DNA from: Octopus bimaculoides
Lineage: Eukaryota
NCBI RefSeq assembly: GCF_001194135.2
Contig: NC_068992.1
Location: forward strand, 29,678,059-29,730,952
Direction of reading: 5' to 3'
DNA length: 52,894 bases
Of the stretch, positions 24,496-37,800 are shown piece after piece (within the stretch, counting starts at the first letter, position 1; each line of letters opens with the position of its first letter). Position numbers and translations under genes: made by a program. Below the pieces are notes generated by a model, which was given only the letters and a program-made list of their open reading frames with translations, ran no database searches and was not told the origin of the DNA.

Positions 24496-26183
24496 TTATT
24501 TTATTATGCAGTTAGGGCAATATCAGTGGCAATATTTTACATAAATGGAGGGGTTACATCGCTCAAAAGAGACTGAAAAATAAGGGATTTGATAAAAGAT
24601 ACAACAAAAAATATTAAGATAAGATTATAATACATATATACATTCTTCCGTAACGGGCAATCCATCTATGCTAGTAAACAAAAAGGCCCAACGCAAAAAC
24701 GCTATATCACTCAGTAGTCTAGAAGGCAACGGTAGGTTTTTTTACTATCAAAAGTTATTGAGTTAATCAAGCTAATACTTGTTAGGATACTTAGGAATGT
24801 TCTTGGCATCTAACGTTACTTGTTGTAGCACGATGTTAGGAATCATTACCAGCAATCTAATCTGTTGTTCATAAATGAAATAACCATAATAATTATGATA
24901 ATTTCTTTTATTTGCCACATGGGCATAGATGAGAGATACATCACAAGGACAGACAACAGTTTATATGGGATTTGCATAAATGATGAGATAAAGGAATGGA
25001 AAAAGCAATGAAATGCGATAAAAGTGCAGGCAGTATATAAGGTATGTGATAGCATACATGATGCAATCCTCTTGATACAGGAGGAAGTCTAACTACGGTC
25101 AGTCAATGAACCCCACTGATACAAGTTTGCTCTGGTTACATCAAAAGTACGAGCCTTCTCGCCTCATCTCCTTAATAATGATAATAATATTTGGAGTAGA
25201 AATAACTATAGTACAAAAGCAACATACAAACTAAAAGTTCCGGATACATAAAAACTAAAGAAAAAAATATACCCATTGAGCCTTCAATTTGACAGAAATT
25301 TCAAAGAATAGTAAAGAGTTGGGTATGTAGAGCAAGAAGAAAAAAAAGGTACTTAAAATTTCTATTTCCTCTATGTAAACAACACATTAAAAACGAAAAT
25401 CTTACGAATACTGAATTTTGAGAAAACATACTTTGAAAGAGCTAAATTGATTTTTATAATTTGTTATATTAAATATATACCGATTTACGTTTGACTGATA
25501 TCTGCACCGACAAGCGACTAACAATTTAAATAGAACACACAAACCTTCACACTCAACCACTCTTAGACTATATTAAAAATCAGAAAATTTCAATCCTCTA
25601 AACTGTGGCAAGGAACTTAAATATTTCCGGAAGTATGATTTGACAGAAGATGAAAGTGTGATGTACATTTGCAAAACGTATGAAAAATCAAGCATGTAAA
25701 ATTCAGTATGAAGTAAAACTAACGAAGCGATATCCAATAAAAATTACTACAGTATAAACAACGATTGTGAATTCTCTCCCTAGCATTCCACATTACAAAG
25801 AAAAGCAACATTTGATGAAATCAATAGCAAACACAACTTCACCAGATGAACGGATACCAAACATTTGCTGTTCCAACTTGTTATGTTTGGGAAAATTATC
25901 AACATGAAACAAAATGAACGTCATTGCTACTAGCACGCTTATGAAAAACATGTGAAAAAACTAAAAACGGTTTTTAAATATTTACTCAGTAATACGCTTG
26001 AGCCTCTACCACAAAGGCATACTAATTTATTTTTGTGTTACTTCTATAATACAACACATTTTCGTCTGAGTTAGGCCACCACATACCACCTCCCAACAAG
26101 CTCATTAATCTTTTGCTTCTGTTCCTCTGCTCAATATTGTCTGTCTCGATGTCACTAGTTGTCTGCATGTATCCAATAAGTAA

Positions 26184-26208
26184 ACACACACACACACACA
26201 CACAAATA

Positions 26209-26257
<49 letters not shown>

Positions 26258-26283
26258 TACACACACACCACGCACACACACAC
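26184..26283. repeat. (CA)n microsatellite
   Basis: Read directly from the sequence. Confidence 0.95.
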
Positions 26284-26465
26284 AAGTCATAATAATAATA
26301 ATGATAACGTATATGATAGAGTTGAGTGACATTAACATATATTAATATATATTAATATATAAAAGAGAAAACGTTTAGACTAAAAAAACAATAACTAATG
26401 TCAGTTGATCACATAGCAATGTCCGGAGATGAATTAAACATTGTAAGTTTTCTGAGAATTTCGCT

Positions 26466-26757
26466 CTAAAAGAAAATTATGCTACAAAATAAGGTGTAGC
26501 TGTGTAAATATGCGTGAGCGCTCTGTACTGTATTTCTTAAATTCTTAGAGTTATTTGTATCAGTTTGTTTCCAGATGTAGTCGTATGAGGCATACGTTAA
26601 AGAAAGTGAATCGGCAGCAGTGGTGAGCAACACTGGTCTGGTCTTTCTTCTCTTCACGTTCAGGATGCGGATCCCCAGAATTTGACCTGGACTTTCATCT
26701 TTTGGGATTAGATTATGAAAATTACCAGACGAAATATCCGTGGACATGCATTTATAC
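26466..26757 (-). CDS. Probable terminal coding exon of a ZIG-8/Dpr-like Ig-superfamily cell-surface protein (end of Ig domain plus GPI-like tail)
   Basis: Acceptor ctagcaatttcag|G, phase 2. Reads YKCMSTDISSGNFHNLIPKDESPGQILGIRILNVKRRKTRPVLLTTAADSLSLTYASYDYIWKQTDTNNSKNLRNTVQSAHAYLHSYTLFCSIIFF*. YxC fits the F-strand Cys and IRILN fits the G strand. The C-terminus is hydrophobic and GC content is above the flanks. Confidence 0.5.
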
Positions 26758-29188
26758 CTGAAATTGCTAGTAATATTTTTATTAGTTTTTTTTCTTTCTT
26801 GTTTACTTTGAATCCTGAATCGAGTACATTTCTGTGTCCCTTAGATACATAATGAATTAGCTTTAAAAGACATTTTTTGAAATATTTCTGCATCATATAT
26901 ATGCACTGTCTATTATTGGTAGAAGAGTTTGGTTGTATTCGCGGGAGTTATCAATGTATAGTTTCTGCATGTTTTAAATGTATTTCAACGAAAGCTACTA
27001 ATAAGACATTTTAGTTTCCAGTTTAAGCATTCATATCTTCTTCATTTCTGGATTTTCAAAGGTTTTCATAATTCCTCCACATAAAATAACATCCGTTAAG
27101 AATGGTACTTCTTAAGAGACCCTTCCTTTCTGGAGGTTCCACTGAACAATATCTGTCGAATTAACATTGATCTCCATAGCTGTATGGATTTGTGTACCCA
27201 TTACATGGACATATTACCCTTCCTTGGAACATTTTCTTATGTAAGTGGCTATAAAACGTTTCTGTTCATTCATTCTCTTTGGGTTAGATGATGCAGAAAT
27301 GATGTAAGCCTTACCTACACCATAGAAGAAATACATGCGCATGAACAATGCGCATTTCCGTTTGATCCCAAAATGTCGGCTATAAGCTTATTCTCATTTT
27401 AAAGCGAATCAACAATTTTATATATGTAGAAGAATCAAATAGATGAGGTGAACGTTAAAACCAAGTGTATATTTGGAGTTTCAAATCTAGTGTGACTAGC
27501 TTTCGATTGAAAACACCTGTCTCAAGATTACAAAATATCAACGAATATTTCATATAATTATTATGAGTTCACTACACTGTAAAATTGTAGCGCAACGCAG
27601 GTAATAACATTGAGATGAAAGTATGATGTATAAAATACGGAGGTATATTTTAAAATAAAGCAGAAACGCAGAAATAGAGATATAATACTTAGCATAAGTG
27701 TTACACAAAGACGAAACCAATGTAAATGCGGTGCTGTGATCTCATACTTAAAGTAGAAATGTAATTTGCGTATACACAACTTCAATCGAAATACTTCGTG
27801 GTCGCATCAAATAACAGTAGAATAAAGTTTGAGAATAATCAATATCTCAATTCCCCTTAGAGAGAAACAATAATACGTAGAATGCATGAGTAGGTAATAC
27901 GTAAAATAATAGTAAAAACGATTAAGGCGAACTCATTGCAACACAGGCAATAAGTAAGTATATCCCAGCAGGTTTCTCTCAAAAATATATTTTAAAGAAA
28001 TGAACTGAGGAACAGCTGCCAATTGTAATATGCCTCTCAGTGTTAGTTTAAAACAGCAAAATCTTGTATCTGTTGGAACCGTGTATATTTAGTTAATTGC
28101 AGTTGTATTATGAAATATACGCACATGGGAGCATATATACTCACATCATGCGTATATTTACAAGAATAAAACAAAGAGAGAAAAGAAGTCACAGAAATAA
28201 AAGAGAGATAAAACGAGTACTGAAAGGAACACATAATGCACTGCATGAAATAAATAACTGGAAGGTTTTGATTTATCTAAAAATCTCAACTTTCTTTTAT
28301 GACATCAAATCAACAAGCTATTGTTAAATAAAGTCCTTTAGCATATCTAGAAATGGAGGAAACTTTAGGAATCAATAGAGAAAGCGTTATCAGTATAAAT
28401 AACAAGAATCGATTGCGAAGAAAACTTGAAATATCAAATAATTGATGAGGATGATGTCTAAATTCACTGATAGTATTTAATCCTTAAAAGTTAACCATTG
28501 ACTTCGAAAGAATTGGTGTTGTTAAAGCACTGAAAATATGTCAGAAACATTTTACAGAAACCTCTAATGAGCATATTGAACTTCCATTATTTACTGGAAT
28601 GTAAGACGACCCTTAACGATTAATACAGAACCAATCCTCGAACAGATAACCTACCATTATGAAAAACATTGGCATGCAACGCTGTAGCACAATGCATTCA
28701 CAGATGCAAAAGTAAACCATTCCAAATAAAGGAGCGTAAAAGATGTAGATGTCAAAAGACAATATTCTATAATGTTCTCAATAACGAATCTGTATAAAAC
28801 GAAAGATGGCGGAAACCACGTATAGAAAACTATTGAAAATGCTCTGCAACGAATAGAAATCATTTCATATTCATAATATTTACTCGTTAGTAAGGTAACC
28901 AGGCAGCCAACAGGGAAAAATGACCTGTTACACTACATAAGACAGAAAGAAAAATTATTCCCATTCTCCAGTAGGTATAGTAAACCGTGTAACCGATTAT
29001 AATTTTATATTCGTGTTTACTTAATCAGTAAGTCCTGTGTTGAAACCACGTCTGCGTGGGGTTTGTCTAGGAAAATATAAATATTACAGTGCATCAAATA
29101 GTATATACCTATTCTGTAAAGATGTGTAGACGTTATTAAGATTTGGGAATTGTGCCAAGACTACTAAAGTCAAAAATAGGATAATCGA

Positions 29189-29194
29189 GAAAGC

Positions 29195-29285
<91 letters not shown>

Positions 29286-29286
29286 G

Positions 29287-29325
<39 letters not shown>

Positions 29326-29326
29326 G

Positions 29327-29361
<35 letters not shown>

Positions 29362-29395
29362 GAAGAAACAATAGATAGAGAGAGAAGGAAGAAGA
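29189..29395. repeat. (AG)n and (GATAGAGAGA)n purine-rich repeat
   Basis: Read directly from the sequence. Confidence 0.95.
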
Positions 29396-31229
29396 GACAA
29401 ATAACGTTGTATAAAGAGACGTGCGATTTATACATATAAGCGTCCTTAATAAGCAGGGACTATACGGCGCGATTATGTTGTAATTAATTGCAAATGAAGT
29501 AAACTACGAATGAATTGGCAGTAAAATATATGTAATTAAAGCAGGATTTCATATATAATGGTACAGAAAATATACTTATCCTGCATCTAATTTATTGGGA
29601 AATTAATCAAATGATGGATCATAACTCTATCATAAACACATTACATATAAGAATAATAATCATGTCACAACACAAATGGAAACGTCGAGCTGAATAATTT
29701 CAATTAATAAAAATTACATCCACATCTTTAGCTAACTAAAGAATTCAGGTCAATAGATGCAAAAAATGAAAACCCCACAAATTAAATTAATCACAGCGTA
29801 TTCATCAAACTTGCATGTGGGTCGGCATTAGGGTATGAATATGATATTTTTCTGAATGGTGATGAGTATGGCTATGAGCCGAAGCTTATGAAACCAACTT
29901 AGGAAAACACAGTACGAAGTACGCTGCAAGATTTGCTGGCAACTTAATGAAATTCAAAGCCTCTATTATTTTGAAAACTGATAAAACGAAACCTTAATAG
30001 TGGGAAATGGAATTTTCTCTACATGAAATGTAAATAAATATATTGACGGGTACTTTCATCAAATTCAATATAAAATCAGCCATTTATTCTGTATATGAAA
30101 AATACATTATATCATGAAGAATGAAATTTATCTCCCATCACGTGCTACTGGCTTAGGAAAAAAGGAAATGTACTCTGAATAATGTACAACGAAGGGAGAT
30201 AATATCTGATAAAACCCAAAACATGTTGCTCAAGACTGTAACGATTTCAATCAATAAACTACAGGACATGATGTCTTCTGTGTTAAACAAACTCAATCGG
30301 ACTATAACATAAAGCAAACACGGATGCGTATAACCTTCATTACATACTTGCGTGTAATGGAGAGACATGGCAAAATAAATCCTTTCTAAGTCAACTCCTA
30401 CGAGGAGGGAATGGTTTGAAATTGTCGTTTAGCTTCATATCTACCCGTTGTAGCAGAAATGCGATTTAAAAATTTCACCCTTATCCAGTTATACGTTTCG
30501 TACACGATATATATGGAGTTTAATTTATAGAATGTACTCCGTACTTTTTAATTCTGTATGGTGAGTGTTGAGCGATGTTCGGTAGTCATCTCTGGCAAGT
30601 TATACGGGACGTCGTGGAGGCTTCCTCATGTCCTAGTTTGACTGGTATTCGGCATGGATTTCTGCTGGGCTACATAACCACGCATATATCATTCATTAAC
30701 TCGTCCAAGTCAGACGAAACAGCCAACTAAATTAGCTTTACTAGCATAGTGAGAAAATGCCATTCATACTGATATATATATAACTTTTAAAACGATACGA
30801 AGATCTGAGTATCCTGAGATACAGTACTCGACGATATAACCGAATGAATGGGTAAAAATAAATACTGAGCACCAATAAGTACTTGATTGTATGGTTCTTA
30901 GATGTCTAACTTTACCATATAGTTTCGGTACGGAGCCACATCAGCCCTGATGAAAAAGACCTGTATCATAATTACCATACATGACATTCCAGGATTAATG
31001 CTTAGTGCACGATCTACATTAGACTGCATGATCTAATGGGTTATTTGTAATATGAAATATATTTAGCTGTTATTTTTAGTACACCGACTGAACACTTAGT
31101 TGTTAACTCAATGGTTCGTGACCAATGGGGAAATATATTTACTGGTCAAAAATATAATGATATACTAGCTTATCAAACACCATCAATAGAAACAACAAAA
31201 TTACAGCGTTCTAGACTATGACTGTGCAC

Positions 31230-31470
31230 AATTATAAGGATCAAAGAAAAGCTCTCAGACATTATTATTAAAGAGTAACGCAGAAAATAATGTCTCTTTA
31301 TCGACATATCGATTCGTTCTGACCATGAATTTGCTCGGAATATAAGATATTCAAGATAGAAATGAAACTTACGTGGCGAATGAATGTAAAATTAATTTCA
31401 TTGTAATTGGAGCCTTAGGAGTAGTTGAAACAACGAGAAATTTGTACCTTCTATATTAGATAACATTACT
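31230..31470 (+). mobile_element. RLE-domain relic of an RLE LINE
   Basis: Broken frames give SDIIIKE*RRK*CLFIDISIRSD and an IVIGALG-like motif (attgtaattggagccttagga). Confidence 0.6.
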
Positions 31471-31539
31471 AAGAGCGGAACAAATCTTATATATGTAGGG
31501 ATCTTTTCATAGATTCAATAGCATGGCATACATTTACAC

Positions 31540-31853
31540 CCACCCACACACACACACACAAACAAACACATACACACACATTAACACACACACGGGCACG
31601 TACGTAAACGCTCACATACAAACACACATGAACACACACACTCAAATACAAAAAGAGGTGTTGCATGCTTGCGTTTCATATGGAGCAAACGTTTCCATTT
31701 CTTGGAAAAACACGATTAAAGAGACGCGTCAAATAATAAATAAGAATATGAATAATAACAATAACAGTAATAATAATAATAATAATAACAATAATAATTT
31801 CTTGCAAATGCTCATTTTATAGAGCAACAGCGATCTCACCAAAATAGCCACAA

Positions 31854-31911
<58 letters not shown>

Positions 31912-31945
31912 TGTAGTCGCAGTAGCAGTAGCAGCAGCAGCCGCA
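31540..31945. repeat. (CA)n, (AAT)n and (AGT)n/(AGC)n microsatellites
   Basis: Read directly from the sequence. Confidence 0.9.
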
Positions 31946-32506
31946 GAAGTTGTTGTTGTGAGTAAAATAAGTATTGAAAATGTGCAAACTAATTTCAAAG
32001 AAACATCTAGTGCAAGAGAATGACCATTTCCTTGAGTGCTTTGCAAATTGATATAACGCTTCAAAAAGAATGAAAATATGTGGCAAGAAAGAAAAGGAAA
32101 ACTCCCCAAACACATATTGAAAATGACATTCACAAAAGTGAAATAAAAGAAAAAGAAACACAAAATAACGTAAACAAAAAAAAATCTGGCTGTCAGGAGT
32201 GAATAAAAATATTAAACTAATAAAAGCTGTATTTTCCAGGTTTTACGTATGTGTTTTGAAAAATAAAGCAAAAGCCGAAATAAAACGCAATTCTGAAGTT
32301 TGCATATGGCATACATAAAAAAAAATAAATAAAATAAATAAACCGGTAGTCATTGTGGTATATTAAAACCAAGGAAACATAAATTCAATATTGATGCTAA
32401 GAAAGAGGTATTTAAAAGCCTATCTCTAGGAATGAAAGTGCTTTTGACAATATCTTGTAGTTTCCAAAAAAAGAAATAAACCTGAAACAAATAGTAGATG
32501 AAGAAT

Positions 32507-32954
32507 NNNNNNNNNNNNNNNNNNNNNNNNNNNNNNNNNNNNNNNNNNNNNNNNNNNNNNNNNNNNNNNNNNNNNNNNNNNNNNNNNNNNNNNNNNNNNN
32601 NNNNNNNNNNNNNNNNNNNNNNNNNNNNNNNNNNNNNNNNNNNNNNNNNNNNNNNNNNNNNNNNNNNNNNNNNNNNNNNNNNNNNNNNNNNNNNNNNNNN
32701 NNNNNNNNNNNNNNNNNNNNNNNNNNNNNNNNNNNNNNNNNNNNNNNNNNNNNNNNNNNNNNNNNNNNNNNNNNNNNNNNNNNNNNNNNNNNNNNNNNNN
32801 NNNNNNNNNNNNNNNNNNNNNNNNNNNNNNNNNNNNNNNNNNNNNNNNNNNNNNNNNNNNNNNNNNNNNNNNNNNNNNNNNNNNNNNNNNNNNNNNNNNN
32901 NNNNNNNNNNNNNNNNNNNNNNNNNNNNNNNNNNNNNNNNNNNNNNNNNNNNNN
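32507..32954. other. Assembly gap
   Basis: N run. Confidence 0.99.
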
Positions 32955-33011
<57 letters not shown>

Positions 33012-34322
33012 CACACACATACCCATATGTGAGTTTGTGTGCATACGTGTATGTATGTATATATAAGTACGCATACATATATGTGTTTGTGTGTGGGCAT
33101 AGATATGGGTACATTTTTTAAATATATATTTTTCTTTTAGATATAGATTTTTCTTTAAAACATCATCTTATTTCAGTAGTAAGCATCGGAAAAATTAGAA
33201 GTTTGGTATTACCTAGAGAATGCACCTCCCACTACCATAGATTGTTGATTTTAATTATATTATTGTATATATCTATGAGCCTCTACGTTCTGAGCTCAAA
33301 TGTTATCAGAGAGGACTTTTTCTTTTTATTTCAGAAATATGTGAAACATATACGTACAATCGAATCCTCACATACTTTTAATACTTATACTTTTTTAAAT
33401 CACTGAAAGACATCCATACTGGAGCACACGAAACTAGAAACTGCTTAGTATCTATACCGAGCTCAGTTTTTGGTAGGATTGATTAGCCTTGTTTTGGAGC
33501 TATTAGACAGATAAAGTCTGTGATATTCACATGTAATGCATGTGATATGCGGGTTTAAATCTATAGTCTACCTTGCTGATAGGGGCAAAGCCTTTAGTCT
33601 CAAATTGTATGGACATATAGTCGTTAATACCAAATATTATGCACATAGTGCTACTGATTTTGATTAATAGGTTGAGATACATGTTTATATCTATTATGCA
33701 GAACATTTCAGCTCATCTTATAATACATCTATATTCTTAATGTCATAACAAGCGCATTGAATGAGGTTTGAAAGATGTTCTAGGTTTCTCACCTGCTCCA
33801 TACATTCCTTGTCGTTTATTAGGATTTCTCGATTGCAAGATCAAACTTGTTAGATCCTGTGGTACGTTTCCAAAAGAAACATGTACGCCTACTATCGATA
33901 CTGAACAATACTTGGGGTGACGATTTGTATATTTTCATCTGTTTCTTCCGTCTGTGTACATTGCCCAACTTCAAAAAGGAGGGGGAGATGGATGTAAGAA
34001 GACAAGTATTAAGAAAATGGAGAAGGAAAGTCTTTCAATTGCGATGTCGGGTGTTACTATTTCGTGAAATTTGAAATGTCATGAATCCTTATCTCGTTCT
34101 ACGTAGCACATTTGCTGGGGTTTATGCGAAAGAACGCATTAATATTAGTATATGATAAGTATACAATAAATCTAAAATTGAATATCATAGAGAGTTCTAG
34201 TCGGCAGATATAGAAGTTATGCTAAAGATCTAACGATTAATTAAATAATTGGGGAGAGTTTCACGATTAGATGTACAATATGGAGATAAATATTCAATGT
34301 GATGGGTATAAATGGCTATGAA

Positions 34323-34354
<32 letters not shown>

Positions 34355-34399
34355 NNNNNNNNNNAATATATATATATATATATATATATATATACTTAG

Positions 34400-34455
34400 G
34401 CGGAGGAGTGCTGTGTGACAAGAAGCTTGCTTCCCAGCCCCATTGGTTCCCGGTA
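34400..34455 (+). mobile_element. Truncated SINE family C head next to (AT)n and gap 34355-34364
   Basis: gcggaggagtgctgtgtgacaagaagcttgcttcccagccccattggttcccgg resembles the head at 46450-46505. Confidence 0.55.
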
Positions 34456-34559
34456 GCAGACCTAGTGCAGATAGGATTAGTATATTGGAACCAGTATTAA
34501 GGAATAGTAGGAAAATATTAGATCTATAAGCCCTACAATTCACTCCATAATTACCCACG

Positions 34560-34612
34560 GGCATATGACGTAATAGTTAAGAGCGCGGGATACTAACCCC
34601 ACGATTCTGAAT
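34560..34612 (+). mobile_element. Truncated tRNA-like SINE head
   Basis: ggcatatgacgtaatagttaagagcgcgggatactaaccccacgattctga looks like an A box with a D-arm. It is cut off by (AAT)n. Confidence 0.4.
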
Positions 34613-34625
34613 AATAATAATAATG

Positions 34626-34656
<31 letters not shown>

Positions 34657-34830
34657 CAACAACAACAACAACACCGGAAAAATACCTTAGGAATGAGAAC
34701 CCAAATTCGAAATTCCCCCAGGACACCTGATGAAGGTTGGAGAGTACATCATCCAAAGCTTTTTGTTAACAACAAGCAAGATGAGGACAAATATCCGTCA
34801 AATATAAATAATGTAAATAATGTATAAGAT
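34610..34830 (+). mobile_element. (AAT)/(AAC)n followed by a Penelope-type pseudo-LTR-like fragment with a degenerate hammerhead core
   Basis: gacac-CTGATGA-aggttggagagtacatcatcc-aaagc-tttttgttaac at 34722-34770. Confidence 0.45.
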
Positions 34831-35871
34831 TTTGTAAACTACAAGAGTTCGTGAAATAATTTCCGTGCAACGATGGATGTTGAAACAGATGACGCTATGA
34901 ATAATAGTATGTAAAATTTGAATTGAATAAACTCTTCGATAGAAAAAGTTTACGACTGGCCGTGGGACCCAAAGCCATAATTTCTGTAAAGATGACATTA
35001 GACAAAGGCACAGAAAAGGTGCAGTGAGACGACAAATTAATATACAAGAAAAATCAGAAAAAATCAGCAAGGATTGATGAGAGACACAGACAAGTTTGAT
35101 CACTCATCACCAGGTTTCTAATATCATTACAATTACAATACCTTCTGACAATATTGTTCACAATATTGATATTACCGACAAAAACTGCTGGGGAATAAGT
35201 GAGCAGACATTGTAAGCGAAACTATAAGATAAGAAGAGTAACAGAAAGAAATTGTGTGTGCAGAGCTATCATTAAACAAACACAAGCTATGGCAAAACTA
35301 GGAAAAGATCTGAAACGAAACGAATCAGTAGACAATGTCGGTAACAAAAGAGAAACAATACAAAACCCCACAACCACGTGTATATGTGTTATATTGGTAT
35401 ATATTCATAAATAAATGTCTAAAGAAAATATTAATATTTTTTGCATATATTCTGTTATATCCTTTTTTGATTTTTTTTTCATCCGCAGGTTTATATTCTG
35501 CTATATATTTTTCCTGGAGATAAATATCATTACTTTAAAAAATAGTTTATATTTTATCGGTGTGATATTGTACTTTATCTGTGTGATATTTTGTATCTTA
35601 CCTGTGTGTTCTATATTTCTTAGACATATAGTGATGTACTATGTTCCACTAGTTTGTGTTTTAACGAGTAAAGTTTTTTTCGGCGGCTTCTAAACCTTAA
35701 GAAACTGCATTCAATCACCTAAAATTTATTTATTGTCTCTCTAACGCAACCAAATAGGCCGGCGTTGTCTGTAGCTATGGACCACTTGCTTACATATTAG
35801 CAATATTCATTCAACTGCTGACTTGTACGAAGTCTGCTGATAAAGAAACTCCCATATGAAACATTGAATTC

Positions 35872-36050
35872 AAATATTGGCACAAGGTCAGAAAGTGAAT
35901 AAGCCGATAACCTCGACCCTATTACTCAACTGGTACTTATTTTATCAATCCCCAATGAATGAGAAGCAAAATCGAACTCAACGGATTTGAACGAAATACC
36001 GCTAGGCACTTTGCCCTACGTACCATCGATTCTGCTGGCTTGCCGCCTTA
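35872..36050 (-). mobile_element. Diverged SINE family A
   Basis: actggtacttattttatcaatccccaatgaatgagaagcaaaatcgaactcaacggatttgaac. Confidence 0.7.
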
Positions 36051-36559
36051 ATCCCATATGAGATGTTGGCATTTCTTACAAAATCGTTTATGAGATTGCA
36101 GAAATGGCTTCATCCAGAAAGTAATTAAGCACTTTTGTGGTCTTTGGTAGGTCTAAGTTATGAAATAATTTTTTTGAGAAAAAGCTGATACATTTTCTTT
36201 CATGACAGTGTATTTTCTCAGAGGTAGATTCTTCATATGCAAATTTCTGGAAATTATGGACCACTGACGTGTATTTTAATTCTAAAATACCTCACAATCT
36301 ATCATATGAAATCATTCTATGCGATTAGTAGACCGTTATTGCTTTCCTTGTGCTATCCTAATTATATGTAGGTCATATCCTTTTCAAATGTTATAACTTT
36401 GTTCTCAGCGCACAGAAATCAGTAGGAGGGTTAACAGAGAATTTTATTAAAGGGTATCTGTGTGACAAACGAGCATGTTGAAGTACTATGCGCATGACAT
36501 AGAAATCAACGACTTTTCAAAAGGCGACATAAACCAACTATTTGGTTATCATATACCAT

Positions 36560-37800
36560 TACAATAATTTAGGACTGTGGAAAACGTTCAATGAGTGCAA
36601 AATGAAGTATTAAACGGGAAAAATTACCCATTCGGGAGTAGTATTGAATAGTCTGTGCTTTTTTGTTGTCACACACTGATAAAACAAGCACTTCCCCCGT
36701 ACAAATTGGTTCAGTAAATTATTTAATAGGCACATCCTGCGAGTTTTAGCTGGGCACCCAAAATAAAATAAGATTTTATAAGGTAGGCCCACACCTGAGA
36801 CAGAAGCAGGATGCTCATGAAGGAGCAACACAACATGTCAAATGAACAACCTCTGTAATACCGAGACTGTCGTATACGAGTCAGACCAATTGGACCAAAT
36901 TGACAACCAAACAATCGTAAGTACGTAGGAGCAATCGAATGCCCCTTCAGAATCAGATATAATGATCAAAAGTCCCGCTTCAATGTCCCAGAGAGATGCA
37001 ACGCCACAACCCTAGCCATGCACATATGGTTGTTGAAAAAACGTGCTTCCGAATGTAGCATAAAATAGAGGATTCTAGAGAAATGTAATGTGTACTTCAG
37101 TAGCAGCAGGAAGTGCAGATTATGCCTGGTTGAGAAGAGAGCGATATTAAAGAGCTCCCAGCACCAAATAATCTACCTGAACTGCAGAAGTAAAAATTGT
37201 AATCCTTGCTCATATGAAAGGAAGCACGTCTATCATACATGCGTGCCCCATCCTTACTATAAGCATATGTCCCCCAGCTTCGGCCCATCCTTCACCAATA
37301 CCTGGGAGTATGTCAATGAGTTTGACCAGAGCATACACAAACGCATACATCCTAGCACGACGGACATCCTCCCAATACTCTTTTTACACACACTCTTAAT
37401 ATAATCCCCGACACATCTTTGTACCCCTACATACACTGCATGCATACATAAATGCTTCAAGAAAGCACACTAAAGAACACAGATGTGTACACCCCACTGC
37501 AATCACTATACATATAGTACACAACACACATTTCCTTTCTACAAGAACACCAAACTTAAAGATACCCACATTTCCCATAAACTCTTTTTCAGGAAACTCT
37601 CGCCGACGTGCACTCTCTTCACTCTTGCTCGGTTCGTTTTATAGTATTTTTCACTGCAACCACAAACTGGATGTGCCTGTTCACCCCCAAAAATAGACAT
37701 ATTCTATTCAATAACGGCTAACCCTAAAGAGCGCAGTGTTTTATAATCGGATTGTTACCTAACACTCATTTGAACCCCTACTGCGAAACTGATTGGCAAG
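36560..37800 (+). mobile_element. Penelope-like element, 3' part: linker, GIY-YIG endonuclease and pseudo-LTR
   Basis: Linker NKHFP..NWFSKLFNRH, then CQMNNLCNTETVVYE. Endonuclease KYVGAIECPFRIRYNDQKSRF...TTLAMHIWLLK...ILEKCNVYFSSSRKCRLCLVEKRAIL...LNCRS. Stops and frameshifts present. Confidence 0.82.

Noticed and set aside
30545-30720. GC-richer patch with minus-strand EHRSTLTIQN resembling an Ig E strand
   Set aside because: An immediate in-frame stop follows, there is no donor site, and upstream stops are present.
18040-30960. Other CTGATGA heptamers (~18046, ~30947)
   Set aside because: No stem II or GAAA downstream, so they are not hammerhead-like.
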